From Octopus vulgaris (lineage: Eukaryota): 64,000 nucleotides of DNA. The stretch is from the NCBI GenBank assembly GCA_951406725.2, contig OX597815.1:87296001-87360000 (forward strand). Reading direction: 5' to 3'. The position numbers and the translations under genes were made by a program. How positions within the stretch are numbered: the stretch's first letter is position 1; the number at the start of each line of letters is the position of its first letter. Positions 26,041-39,386 of the stretch are shown in pieces. The notes beneath the pieces are model-generated. The model ran no database searches and was not told where the DNA came from. It worked only from the letters and a program-made list of their open reading frames with translations.

Positions 26041-26268
26041 AGTATGGCTATGTGGTTGGGTTCAGTCCCACTATGTAGCACCTTGGGCAAGTGTCTTCTA
26101 CTATAGCCCAAAGCTTACCAAAGCCCTGTGAGTGGATTTCGTAGACAGAAACAGAAAGAAGTCCCTATAACTTAGCAGTTTGGTAAAAGAGGCCAATAGA
26201 ATAAGTATCAAACTTGAAACAAAATAAGTACTGGCGTCAATTTGTTAGATTCAACCCTTCAAAGTGGT
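26041..26268 (+). mobile_element. SINE family A with internal deletions
   Basis: tggctatgtggttgggttcagtcccactatgtagcaccttgggcaagtgtcttctactatagccc. Confidence 0.85.
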
Positions 26269-27324
26269 TGTGTGTGTGCATGCACACAAGTCCTGAATTA
26301 ATAGTAACAGGAAGTAACAAGTATCTGTAAGGAAATGTCCTGTAGAAACAGTGACACATATCAAAGTAGTATAGAATATAATACAGTATGTATGTTTGGA
26401 AAACAATAGATTTTAGTCACGATAAGTCAATGAGTGGTAAATGCTACAAGAAGGGAGCAGTTAACAAATATCTATTAGTTATTCTCATCAGTAACAAAGT
26501 GTTCGTTGTTCATTGTTTGATAGTCAATTAGATATAAATGAATTACAACGGTCAGACGCATGAAAAACAGATTTTGTTCTATTTATGGGAATGGAAGTGA
26601 ATACTTTAAGCACTGATATGTTCAACAAGGGTATTAAAGATGTTTGAAAAATTAAATGTAATCACAACCAGAGGTTTCAAAGCAAACAAAAAATTATATT
26701 AGACACATTCACTCTTTTAGACCACAGCAAAAAGAATTTCCCACTCAACATCAAACTGCTATAAAACTAACCAATATATGGGCCAATGAAATTACAGCCA
26801 GAAAAAAAGCATTTCAGTCCAGTTAAGCAGTTAAAATTTGAATATTGTTTAACTTGCTTAATAGACCAACAAGCTCAGAGTAGTGTGACTGATTGAATAT
26901 CAGATCCAATATATGAATAAACTATGGCATGTACAGAGTACTCTATCACATTCATCTACACACGTGTGCTGCGTGTGTTCTACATATATATTTTTTTTTT
27001 TTTTTCAAGAAACAAACACAAAGAATAAAAGTAAATTCCTAAAATGGCAAAGTATAAATAGAATGTGAATTTCTGCAATAAATTCTTGAGACGACTAATA
27101 AACAAAAATAAAATAAAATGAAATCTGACTGTCCACCAAACTGAAAGCAAAAAAAAAACAAAGACATGGCAGGACTTTGAGCTTACTTAATAACAACTTG
27201 TTACATTATATCTAACTAGTTTTGTTATAGGTATGCCAACATTAGAATTATAGTGGTCCTCTGACATTGCACAACACTACAATCATTCTATATCAAGTAG
27301 TTGGGTGAAACAACAACAACCACC

Positions 27325-27475
27325 CAAGAAACATTAGCACACTGGACAAAATGCTTCTGGTTTTATGCTCTGAGTTCAAATTCCACTGGTGCCGATTCCT
27401 TTCATCTTTGGTGAAATAAGTACCAGTTGGACATTCACAAATTTTCAGGCTTTAGGCCTAGAGTAGAAAGAATTA
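27325..27475 (+). mobile_element. SINE family B, degraded, forward
   Basis: ttagcacactggacaaaatgctt...ctgagttcaaattccactgg...cctttcatc...aaataagtaccagttg. Confidence 0.7.
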
Positions 27476-27602
27476 TTATAATAAAAAAAAACTGTAAAGC
27501 AGTTTAAAAGTAACCTATAGTTTATTGGTTTATGAATAACTTATAGTCAAAAAATCGAACAGGATGTGCTTACCTTAAGCAGGCCAACTCATTAAAAAGA
27601 TA

Positions 27603-28836
27603 CAAGCGTGGGCTGAAAAATTCATAGCCTGATTATGAAGAAGTGACGCTAAAATTTTGAAATCTTGCATTCATTAATTTCACCTTTTGCTTTTCAGGTG
27701 AAGTAACATCTGACTTCAAAAATAACTATTAATGACTTCTCTTGGAAATAGAGAAAATTTGGCATCATGGTGTTATCAAGTACCTACAGAGAAAGGGTTT
27801 AGCTCCCAACAACATTTATGCTGACATGGTTGCTACATTAAAGTATGATGTTCCAGCTTTATCAACAGTGCAAAATGGGCAACTAAATTTAGGAGAGGAA
27901 GGGAGAATCTTGAAGATCCCCCAAGGTCTGGATGTCCTGCAGCTGCCACCACCAAGGAAAACATTGATCATGTTCACCACATGGTGATGAATGACAGACA
28001 ATTGACTATAAATCAAATAATAGCAAATGCTATGAGCATATCTCATGAGAAAGTTGACAATATTCTGCACAATGAACTTGGTATGACAAAGGTCTCTGCT
28101 CAGTGGGTACCACATCTGATACTTGATCAAAAGTGCACCAGGCTGATCACATCATGGGAAAAATTGACATTGTTTGAGGCAAATCTAGCAGGTTTCCTTG
28201 AATATTTCCTAAGCCAGAATGAGCCAGAGACAAAGAGACAATCCATGCAGTGGAAACACTCCTCCTCACTTACTCCACAGAAGGCCAACATTGTTTCATC
28301 TACAGGGAAATTGATGGCCTCAGTTTCTTGGGATACAAAAGGCATTGTGTTTACTGACTTCTTCAAAAGGACCATACCATCAATGAATAGTATACCAACT
28401 TGCTGAGGCAGTTATGAAAGGCTATCAAGACCAAATGACCAGGAAAACTGATGAAAGGGATCTTGTTTCATTAAGGCAATGCTCCAGCACACAAGTCCTT
28501 GATTCCAATGGTTACTCTGTGTGACAGTGGCTTTGAAAGGGTTGATCACCCTCCTTTTTCTCCTGATTTGGCCCCATCTGATTTTCATCTTTTCTCCAAC
28601 ATGAAAAAACATTGGCTGGGAATCAGCGTCACAGTGATGATAACATTCTATCTGCTATTGATAACTTTTTTCTAGCAACAAGATGAAAGTTTATTCACCA
28701 ATGGGATCCAAGCACTGCAACACTGATGGAAGAAGTGTGTGGACAACATGGGAAACTATGTTGAAAAATGAACCTCATTTGGTTACATTCCACGAGAGTA
28801 TCTTGGTTAGCCTATGAGCTTTTTAGCTCACCCTCA
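27603..28836 (+). mobile_element. Near full-length mariner (DD34D, irritans/Himar1-like), pseudogenised transposase
   Basis: TA target duplications at 27601-27602 and 28837-28838, with about 30-bp TIRs (caagcgtgggctgaaaaattcatagcctga / ttagcctatgagctttttagctcaccctca). Frameshifted ORFs contain VIKYL, KVSAQWVPHL, PETKRQSMQW, GKLMASVSWDTKGIVFTDF, NAPAH and HPPFSPDLAPSDFHLF. Confidence 0.95.
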
Positions 28837-28872
28837 TATGTGTCCTTCTCTTCCATAAAATTTCAAGAAACA

Positions 28873-29283
28873 TATCATCATCATTGTTTAATGTTCGTTT
28901 TCTATGCTGGCAAGGATTGAACAGTTTGACTGAGGTCTGGAGAGCCAGCGGCTGCACCAGGCTCCCGTCTGATCTGGCAATGTTTCTACAGCTGGATGCC
29001 CTTCCTAACGCCAACCACTCCGACAGTGTAGTGAGTGCTTTTTACGTGCCACCGGTACAGAAGCCAGTCTGGCAGGCCTGGCATCAATCACATTCAGATA
29101 GTGCTTTTTACGTGCCACCGGCACAGGGGCCAGTCAGTGGGGTACAGGCATCAGCCACATTCAGATGGTGCTTTTTATGTGCCACCAGCACGAGAGCCAG
29201 TCAGTAGTCGAACAATGATGATGATGATGATGGGGTACTTGCATCGGTTATGTTCAAAGGGTGCTTTTTCCGTGCCACCAACA
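28873..29283 (-). mobile_element. RTE-related 3' module with four ~66-bp internal repeat units, inverted and CpG-retaining
   Basis: catcatcatcattgtttaatgttcg...ctacagctggatgcccttcctaacgccaaccactccga, then gtgctttttacgtgccacc units at 29035, 29101, 29168 and 29261. Confidence 0.88.
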
Positions 29284-30069
29284 CGTCTATGTCTATGTAA
29301 GAATTACTAACACAGAACAACAGACTAAATGTTTTGCAGTATTTACTATATCATTTCTTCAATATTTGAATTCAAATCTTACTGGTTTGAATTTTACTTT
29401 TTTCACCTTATAAAAGAAGTCCAAGAAGGATTATCATAATACTTATTGTTTCTAAACATAACTATAAAAAATAAAGATTTCTAATTTTAAGTACATGGTT
29501 GGCAATTCTAAGGGCAGTGTTAGTTAATACCATAGACCCCAGCATTTGGCTTTAAGTTTATCAACCTCTTAAAGTTGGATTCTAAATATAAGGAGTGAAG
29601 ACAAATGCCACAAATATTTTATTTTCTGATACCCCCAATTCACCACATTATCATGGAAATGATAAATTTCCACATTGGCACAGGACCAAAAATTTTGGAG
29701 AGGAGTGTAGACAATTTTATCAATTTGAATCCTTGACAGGTATTTATTTCATTGATGATAGGAAGATGAAAAACATAGTTAAACCTAGAGAGATTTGAAC
29801 TGAGCATGAAGTGATAACTATATACCACAAAGCATTTTATCAAGTGTTCTGATTCTGCCTTTATACTAGTGACAAAAAATATCAATAACAAAAGTAACGA
29901 TGATGATAATAATAATCACTTCTAGAAATGTGGTGGGAGGGCATAGTCAGTCTCTACCCAGAAGGTTAAAAAGTGAAGTGAACTTTAAACATTGATTAAT
30001 GCCTCAAAAATTTGTACCCATTTTCAATCATCACTAAAACTATTCCTTTCATACTGATAGCACTTCTTA

Positions 30070-30500
30070 AAGAACATTGACAATGAAGAACGTAGCTGCA
30101 CATGCAACCAGAGTACCATGACTGCTCCTGCCTATACTACACCTCCCATGCATCCTCACAAACAAGGAGTTGGTATTTAACTGTCACAGAAGTGTGATAC
30201 CTAGACCACTGCAACAAAAGATTCACTGACTGTAGTTCCAAGAAGTCTTGATATGAGCTAGACTTGAATTATTGTGAGGAAGGGCAGCACAAGGGGACCA
30301 GCTTCAATTTCTCATCTCTGACTTCTTCAACCAGAGGAAAGCAGGCCAAAATGCCTGGTAATATACCAGGCATGCAGCAGAATGATAAGGTAAGTTATAT
30401 GTCTTACCAAGTTCTGAAGTATGCATCCCTACAGCAGTATTGTTGGAGATCAACTTTCCATTCATTGAAACTTTATCATTGATGGTTGGGTTTCCTTTGC
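30070..30500 (-). mobile_element. Possible ancient CRE/NeSL-like non-LTR retrotransposon remnant
   Basis: Broken minus-strand frames give GITL...SLFVRM.G.(G/S)IGR..., loosely resembling the LPVRxGGLG motif downstream of CRE-type RT domains. The match is weak. Confidence 0.3.
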
Positions 30501-31044
30501 ACATTTTGTTAGAAACCCAGTGAAAGTTGGGTGTTAAGCTCCATCTTACTTTTTAAACTGACAAATAATAACAAAAGTAAATAATGTTATAAACAGCATC
30601 CCTGGTTTCATTTACCTAATTCTGATCAATATCCTCTCTACAATGAATGAAAGTTTATAACTTAAAAATAAATCAATTATTGTCAACAATCCCAACTATA
30701 ATTGTCTCAGCTATCATTGCTCCAAAAATAGAGAAGTTATTTTGTTTTGATTTATTTCTAACAAAGTTTAACAGACAACTACCCTGCATTGGCAGTCAAA
30801 AGCAGCTTGTTGAATGTAACTAAAAATTCCATTCTTACATTCTGTGTGTATGTGACATTGTTATGTTATGCTGCAATTGGCTAATATATAAAGTGTGCAT
30901 TCATACAAGTACAAGTGTATTAATATATACAGGTACATATGTGTGCATACATATGTATATGCATTTGTATTATCCATTTGGTAAGTGATGTCTCTCTACT
31001 AAGTAAATGTTGACAGCAGAGTTAAATTTTACACCAGTTACCTT

Positions 31045-31150
31045 ATCATCATCCCCATTTTAACATCCATTTTCCATGCTTGCATGGGTCAGACAGAGTT
31101 TATTGAGACAGATTTTCTATAGCCAGATGCCTTTCTTGTTGGCAACCCTT
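31045..31150 (-). mobile_element. RTE-related 3' module variant, inverted. A SINE A fragment follows at about 31275-31393 (-)
   Basis: tttaacatccattttccatgcttgcatgggtcagac...tttctatagccagatgcctttcttgttggcaacc. Confidence 0.7.
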
Positions 31151-34100
31151 GTCTTTTTCCAAGTAAGGTAACACTTCCCTATGACTAGATATGTTCTTGT
31201 ATGATACTGGAAGTGAATGATACTGCTTGTATGACAGTGGCACTCATTTGTAACTATTATATGATGTTAAGACAAAGACACACACATACACAACAGGCTT
31301 CCTTTGATTTCTGTCTACCAAACCCATTTAAAGGCTTTAGTTAACCCAGGGATATAGCAGAAGAGATTTGCCCAAGATGTCACACAGTGGGACTAGGTAA
31401 CTGCATCAAAAGAGATGGAAAATAAAGTACATACATACACACACACACACAGTATAGTGTTGAGATTATTCCGTTACTACTGAGTGTTTTTAGGATATCA
31501 CTGTTCTTTATGTAATTTATGTCAACAGTGATATTTATGAAGCTGTGTGTAAGCAGAGAGTAACTGCAGCACTAGGATGCATAAACATTTGCACTGGATG
31601 AGTATTTTTTTTTTTTTCATTTATGAACTCGAGTGTATAGCACACAACAAATACACACTCATTCATACCATTTCTTGTAATAAATATATTATTTGATATA
31701 ACTAGTAAAAAAACACTTGTGAAAGGAATTAAAGAACAAAAAAAGAAAGAGAAAATAAGAGAAAGAAAATAGAAAAGAAAAAAAGGAAAAACATAAGGCA
31801 ACAAGAAAGGAATAAAGAAAATAGCCACATGAATTGAAATGGGAAACTTCAGAATATGATGGTAGTCAAGGGAGAAAGAATTAGAGATTATAAGATAGAG
31901 AGGGGAGAAAATATCTGAATTAAAAATGTTGCAAACAAACCAAATAGTTTCACCATCATTTAACATTAAATCTAGCCCTAGTTCTATCCCAACTGCACTT
32001 TTATATGCACCCTACAACAGTATTATCTCTGCCAGCATCAGTTGTTTGAAATGTCATCATTGAAACCAGTCTTCACACAAACAAACATTCTTTAACTTAA
32101 GAATTAAAAACAAAAACAAAAAAGAGCTAGAAAATACACAGGCTATGGGCTTGATTTTGTTTGTGTCTGAGAAGAATACACACACACAAAGTGTTTAACA
32201 AATAGAAACTGAAGAATGTCTTAAGTAAATTTCACTGAGTGAAATAGCATCAACAACAAATCATTAATTTGTTGTGCTATTTATTGCAATGTTTTCTACA
32301 AGTTTGCCATTGCTATCTGCAAAGCCAATAAAGATCCTTGGATGGTCATATGATCTGCTCAAAATAGCAGTTAGATTTCTTTCAAATTACACCCTCTCAT
32401 TTTAAAAAGGCACATTGGATAATATAGTTCTAAATATGCAACGACCCAAAGAGGAAAGGGGTGGAGGCAGTCATAACTGGAACACTTTTGATAAAATGTC
32501 TCCTCAATCAGGTTAATGTAGAACTAAACTAGGTCATTTTGTATGTCAGTCAGTTTGTCAAAAGAGTCAAAGGCTGTAGTGACTGGCACAGCAGTGAGTC
32601 CATGGCCAAGATATCTTGAATCACCAACAATCCAGTTTGTATATCAGCATAATTGTGTAATTAACAAGTATTAAATTTGCAGTGGCTTTTTGAGAAGGAA
32701 TGTACTCCATTTGTTACACTAGGAATCCTTATAACACAGAGGGTTATGAAACTCACTTTGTATATACATTTTCTCATCATTTGTTTTGCAAACTGAAAGA
32801 TTTACATGAATTATCAAGCAAATTTTTGAACAAAAGCTAAAAGCTTTTTTCAAAGATACTAACAGCTATTACATGTAAGGTATGGTGATAACTAGACTAT
32901 TATTTAATCAGTCAGAACTAGGGCTAAAACAGTTTGTATTTAGGTCCAGTAGAAGGTTTGACAGTAACACTTGAAACTACTTGATGGTAATAAACAATGT
33001 TTATTTTCTAGACTGTAATAAAACAGAATTAAAAGAACATAACGTCCTTTAATCTAAAGTAGAAAAATAGTTTAAAGACATAGAACTTATTTTCTAGGTG
33101 AGAAGCAGTATAATTTATTTTCTTGAGAATGACAGTTAAGAAACACTAATACTGCTTATTTGCAAAGAAAGTGAAAAACAAGTGATCAGAACTCCGATGT
33201 ACTTTTTAGACATGTTGGTTGCCTTTATGATGACAAACCTTGGATTTAAATCAGATATTACCTAGTGATAGATGCTTGTGGTTAATGAGTTATCATATGA
33301 TAGGTTGCTATATGCAAGTTATTACTTAAAACCAATGATCAAAAGCTATGACATAGATTCAAAATTCTAAGGTTTTATATTTAAGTCAACACTGGGATAG
33401 AAAATCTATCTAACCATTAGGTTATACATGTTTTGGTTGGTCTATCTCCAACCTTCTTTAAGTAATTGTCACTAAGGGTCCAAGTAGAGATGTTTATAAT
33501 TCCTTCAACAAGCAGGGATCACAATCTAACTCAGTGCGACTCTCTAGACATAAACTACAGGAATAGAATAACAAATGTCATTCTGAGACATGGCCAAGCA
33601 AGTAATAGGTCTAAAGTCAAGACCACAAGTCAAATCCTAGGTTGAAGTAGAAGGTAAAATGATAAATTCAAAAGGAGAAAAAAATATTGATACAAAATTT
33701 ACAGAAATGTGAACACAAAATTTGAAGAAGATACAAAAATGAACAAAGATGTAAATTATCTTTATGCACGATAATTCAAAGATAGCAAATGGATTTATTT
33801 TCTAATACTTTACAAACATTGTTATCACCATTTACTGTACCAACACCCACATTTTCATCCTAGTACAGGATGGAAAACCTATAACAAGGCCAATTACTAC
33901 TAATCTAAAGTCTGTAATGATTTGTCTATGTGACCCAACACAAAAATGTAAATGTTTCTGATAATCTTGCCAAGGAACTTTCATAGGTTAGTTCTTAAAA
34001 CAATTTCAGAGCATTAAGTAGATGATTGATGAATCTACCCTGAAGAGAATGCAAGTCTAATGCCGTTAATATTTGTAGATAACCTGGTATCTACACACAC

Positions 34101-34159
34101 TTTGAAAAAGTAGCATTTAACTCTGAAAGGCAGTGTCTGTACATATGTAGATTCCTCTC

Positions 34160-35192
34160 TTTTCACCATTCACCTGAATATCAGCAACTAAGACTTCCAG
34201 CTACTCTGACTCAAAGTCCCCTCCACCACACTTTTAAGTACATCTGTTTCCTGTACTGCAATCCAAACTCTTCCAATCAACATAACTTTTTGACTATAAT
34301 TCTTCTAATATAAAGGACTTCCACTTCACAGCCCTCTCTGAAGTCATCATCCTCAGTGACTTCAATGCCCATGACTGTTCTCGGATCTCACACTAATGCC
34401 ACCAGAATAGAAGCCCACTATATCAACTAACTTCATCGTCTGCACGCAGTCACTCTAAACATTTTTCATTCGTTTCTCATCGTTTAAACACCACTTCTTC
34501 CAAACCATTAACTATCTCTGTGCTTACTGGGCCATCTGACCACTGCCTTCATTCCTACCTGTTACACATCTGTATACTACACTTGCCACCTTCCAGACCC
34601 TTTGGTACTTCCAGTCAGTTGACCATTCCTGATCTACTAGTCCTGTGCTAACTATCACTGGCAGCACATGTACTTCACCACTGACCCATCAGAAATAGCT
34701 AGATGGGAAATAAAAACACCTTTTTAGGAATGTCCTCAATATTTCATACTCATAGCCCTTATAACAATGTTGCAACCATTCAAAGTCATGTTCTATACTA
34801 CTTGGAGAAAATCCACTTCTACAAACAGGATGGCTCTTATCCAGCACTGTAATTCATGCAAAACAATCATCCAAACTGCAAAGATTACCACTGTGCATTA
34901 TAGTTTTCCAAGCTCTCCAGCTGCCCAAACTATAGCTGATCCTTTTGGTCCCTTTTCAGAATCCTCCTTTCCTACACTTCCCAACTATTATGGTTCAGTG
35001 AGCAGTTATTCCCATGGAGAAAACCCCAACATTTGCTGCTTAATTTGCATCCAACTCCACATTCCATACCAGATGAATCTCCAGAATTACTCATTTCTAC
35101 TCCAGCAAACATATCTATAAGTTAAATGCTAAGTTTTTCCAGTTGCTCCCTAGCATGGTCTCTCCTATTATCCCTGTCCTCACTAAACTCTT

Positions 35193-35239
<47 letters not shown>

Positions 35240-36350
35240 GATACATTCAAACTATAGTGTGTCCCATTCTAAAGAAAGGCAACCTCTGTAACCTTGCTAA
35301 CTACCATCCTATCATATTCACTTTCAATATGTCAAAGATGATGGAGAATCAACAAAATCTTTAAGCTAATCACTTACATTCACCAGAAAAAATTTGGTGA
35401 AAGTAATGTTACCATTGACATTGGTAAACTTTTCAACTGTCTCTGGTATACGAATCTTCTAGAAAAATTGCTGGCCAATGGATTTTGTTAGGCTTTTATC
35501 TCTATTCAGTAGCTTCCTGTCAGATCACACTTTTCTGGTATGTGCTGATGAAGCTCATTCTAACACTCACTATCAACTTGGGGGTGTCCAAAGAGTTCAG
35601 ATTTTATTTTTACTCTTCTTCCAACCTACTTGCCTTCAGCTCCAACAATTTCCATTCTTATACTTATCTTTCATCTCCCTAACTTTTTATACCCAAGTGT
35701 CATCCACGTAACCTAGACACCTCAAAGCACTGACATTATGAAAAGGCCTAAAAAAATATCCCCCAGTGCACATATCAAGAAAGCATAACTGAACCTCAAA
35801 CTCCTTTAAGCATAAACAGTATGCAATTAGCACTCTCAACAACAGTTTCAAATAATAGGTCTTCCTATCACTGAATATCTCACCTGGTGAATGAATACCC
35901 TCAACTTAAAGACAGCATCTGAAAGATTGGCCTTACTTTTCAGAGTCAGAAAATATTTCTGCCCCCAACAACTACTAGCCTTCTACAAAGTTCAGATAAA
36001 ACACACAATATAGCACTATTTTCATATCTGGGAAAGTACTACAGTTATACACAAAGAGGTATCCTTCGTTGTGTCTAAAGAAAGGCCACTCAACTGACTG
36101 TTATGATATCACTTACAAATAGACTCAAATTCCATGTTTATAGATGTACTGATTCTTCTTCCTGTTTTGCTAAAGTAACAACAGCTTCTGCCACCTTCAC
36201 TCAAATACTCACTTGTCTCTCCTTTTATCATATACTGTGCACACTACTCAGGTCTTACTCTATCCCCTACACCCAATCCTTCATTTTCAGAAAGTCAATA
36301 AGTCCTCTGAATTTCCCTCCCTGCACAGGCTTTTCCTGCAGATATCAACT
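34160..36350 (+). mobile_element. Old CR1-group (L2/Crack/Daphne-like) LINE with APE and RT remnants
   Basis: Contains EVIILSDFNAH (about 34340), GPSDHCL (about 34530), PVLTKLFNLSL...VCPILKKGNLCNLANYHPI...MSKMME (ORF 35143-35364) and YKVQIKHTI*HYFHIW (about 35985), with many stops and frameshifts. Confidence 0.82.
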
Positions 36351-36655
36351 TAAAATAGTTATGCAGAATGTTAACAACATCAATCTCATTCATCTTAGAG
36401 GATCCACAGAAATCGTGGGCACACCTCTTCCTCTTGACTAGACAAAATACAAAAATATCCACCAAAGTAGAGGAGATTTGAAGAGTGTACTGTTTAAATA
36501 CACACTGGATATTTCCAGTAAATTTGAAGTAAAGACTTAAGAGATGGTAATTCAATGCAATCTTCACTCAGCCAATTCACTTTAGAAGACAAACATGTAT
36601 AAAAGGAAGTAGTCAATACTAGAACTTTATTTCAAACAGAGAAACACTACAATGA

Positions 36656-36787
36656 CAGGAGGAATTGTTCCCATAGAAACTAGCTCTGGTGATCTTTAGC
36701 AGGAGGAACTGTTCCCATAGAAACCAGCCCTGGTGATCTTTAGCAGGAGGAATTATTCCCATAGAAACCAGCTCTGATGATCTTTAA
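36656..36787. repeat. Three tandem copies of a 44-bp unit
   Basis: caggaggaattgttcccatagaaactagctctggtgatctttag occurs at 36656, 36700 and 36744 with a few substitutions each. Confidence 0.97.
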
Positions 36788-38061
36788 TAAAACAATTAAC
36801 CAGAATATGCTACAATACTCCTATTGCCTGAAAGCAAAATGGTTTATAAACCACTCCAAATATTAATCCTCACTCCTTAGATATTATTGCTGATGATTCT
36901 TCTTAGATTAAGGATATAAATAAATACACACATGAGACTACTTAAAGATGACATTTTTCTTTCTTTGTTTTATTTTAACAATGACAACTTTACTCCACCA
37001 GATATTATTGTATCTTCAACAACAACAGATGTCAGCAAAATAGAAGTAGATCTGACTAAAACTCAATAAATTTGTAAAACAATTTCAATGATTCAATAAA
37101 TATGCATATTATGCGAAAAATTAGCTCTAAATGTTTTCTGCCAAATTTTATACCTCAAACACTAATTAAAACCAATCAAAATTCCACTTCCATAATCCTT
37201 CAACACAGAAACATCTTCCTCTTCTTTCTATTGGACAACCCATCTATTCTTCCCCCACCCTCACTATTTATATCCAGCACCAACAATAACAACATCATAG
37301 GAAACCTTATTCATTAGCCTACTAGTCAAGTCATTCTCTCTTAAAAACAAAAACTGTTCATTAGGTTATGAACACAACTCTTTGAGGAGAAACCAACAAG
37401 TAAGTTTCTACATGACCATTGAAACTGCTAGAGATAGTAGCTAAATCTCCTCAAATTGCACTATATCATCTGAAATAAACAAAGGACACTTTGGCTAATG
37501 TAATCCTGCATACAGAGAGTTGAATGCCTTTGATCATAGGTCTGCTAAATCAAGGGATAAACAAAAACTCTTTAAAGAAAAGCAAAAGAAAATTTTTTTT
37601 CCCCTGATGGCTTCTTAGAACAAATAATGCAGCACTAAAATTTGTCAAAATTTCTGAAAAAGGCCCATCTACCAATTTACAAATGGATTGTCAAAGACAG
37701 AAAATGTTAGAGCAAGAAAAATGTCTTATCAATTCTGAGAAAATCTCTATAATGAGGAGGTTAAGTATATAGAGATAACACAATAATGTAGTGTATACTT
37801 AAGCATAAGAATAGACTGTTGATTCAGCCCTAGTACTTATTCATTTTAGTGACAACTGTCACTAAATAAAATAACTATTATTACTATGTCAGGATTCATT
37901 TAATCCTTTATAACCACCTTTCACCTTCACAAAACTAAACGATCATCATCACCAGCTAATAAGAATGAAACTAATGGCCACAGACGGGTAATATATACTA
38001 AAAATGCCAAATCAAAATTATCGAATGAAGGGGAAAACTTTTTTTATGAAAAAGAATTAAG

Positions 38062-38434
38062 AAGGTATGGCTGTGTGGTGAGAATTTTGCTTCCCAACCA
38101 CATGGTTCCAGGTTCAGTTCCACTGCATGGAACTTTGGCCAACCAAAGTCTTGAGAGTGAATCTGATAGATGGACACTTAAAGAAACCCATTGTGTGTGT
38201 GTGTGTGTGTGTTTGTGTGTGTGTTTGTGGGGGAGTCGTGTGTTTGTACCCCACCACTGCTTTACAACCAGTGCTAATGTGTTCACATCCCCATAACTTA
38301 GCAGTCTGCCAAAAGGGACCAAGAGAATAAGTACCAGGCTTTAAAAATAAGTACCAAGGTCAATTTGATTGTCTAAAATTCTTCAAGGTGGTGTTCCAAC
38401 ATGGCCACAGTCATATGACTGGAGCAAGTAAAAG
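38062..38434 (+). mobile_element. SINE family A, near full length
   Basis: ggtatggctgtgtggtgagaattttgcttcccaaccacatggttccaggttcagttccactgc...caacatggccacagtcatatgactggagcaagtaaaag. Confidence 0.9.
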
Positions 38435-38859
38435 CTATACAAACAATCTGTAGCATGCATCCACACACACACACACACACATATATATATGATGAACCCT
38501 TCTGTCAGTTTCAACGTATGAGGATCCAACAACCAACACCTTCTTTGTCAGTCATAATGCTTATGTCAACTTTGACATCTGAGACCCACGAATGATTTAC
38601 AAAGAAGCCTGCAGATGTTGCAAGTATGAGGATTGCGGTATATTTGCAGCTGCTTTTCTATTCTGCTCGTTAATACTAACTGAAACAAAGTCTCTTATAC
38701 CATTTTGGCACAGTTATCTCCATTTTGTTTGTTCCACATCAACTAAGATTTGTGATATAATCTTCTTTCAGTTCATTTAACTCCCAGAGTTGAAATTTTG
38801 TCTCTATGTACAACTTTGTACTAGTTGTTATAAATTACCTCTTCCTTTCTTTTTTTTTG

Positions 38860-39310
38860 TCTCCCCCTTACTTCAAATTATTCAGAGGGCTCTAAGAATC
38901 AGATCGTCACTATATTTAAAGCTGGAACTGAAAAAATTTCTTGATTAATCACATCAACTTAATCATGTGACCAGACTATTTTGTATTCTACTCATAGATA
39001 TTCAATTATACTTTATTTTATAAAAAGTCATGCTGTCTCTTATCTCAGCTTTCTTTATCACTGTTATAATGGTTTGTTGCTGGGCTCATGCCACCTCCAC
39101 TCAAGTATTCTAGTTTTACTTGTCTGTCTTCCTCTCATCAACCTCGTTGTATAATCCAACTCCCTATTCCCAGCAATAATCACTATACCTAGTCTTTCTT
39201 TACTGGAATGTCAGCTCTCTGGAATTTTCTCCTAGCTCATATCTTCCAATAGGATTTGACTTTAGAAAAGTTCAAGACGAACATTAATTGCATCATTCTC
39301 ACTGATTCAG
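38860..39310 (+). mobile_element. CR1-group LINE 3' fragment, degraded
   Basis: gctgtctcttatctcagctttctttatcactgttataatgg and tctttctttactggaatgtcagctctctggaattttctcct resemble the LFYRYY and SFFPRTxxLWNxLP C-terminal motifs. Confidence 0.55.
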
Positions 39311-39386
39311 GAGAGTCTATGTGAAACTTCCACTGAAAGCCATTGATTCTTCCTCTTCATCCAGACCCAGCAAATACAAAAAGCAA

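Noticed and set aside
29035-29283. CRISPR-like repeat-spacer array (also 40044-40262)
   Set aside because: The context is a eukaryotic intron with no cas genes, the spacers are homologous to one another, and the array is part of a dispersed RTE-related element.
31535-31966. 143-aa hydrophobic ORF (similar ones at 18786, 24667, 42547 and 52322)
   Set aside because: The Phe/Leu/Ser- or Val-rich translations come from purine-rich or (GGT/GAT) low-complexity tracts and are not membrane proteins.
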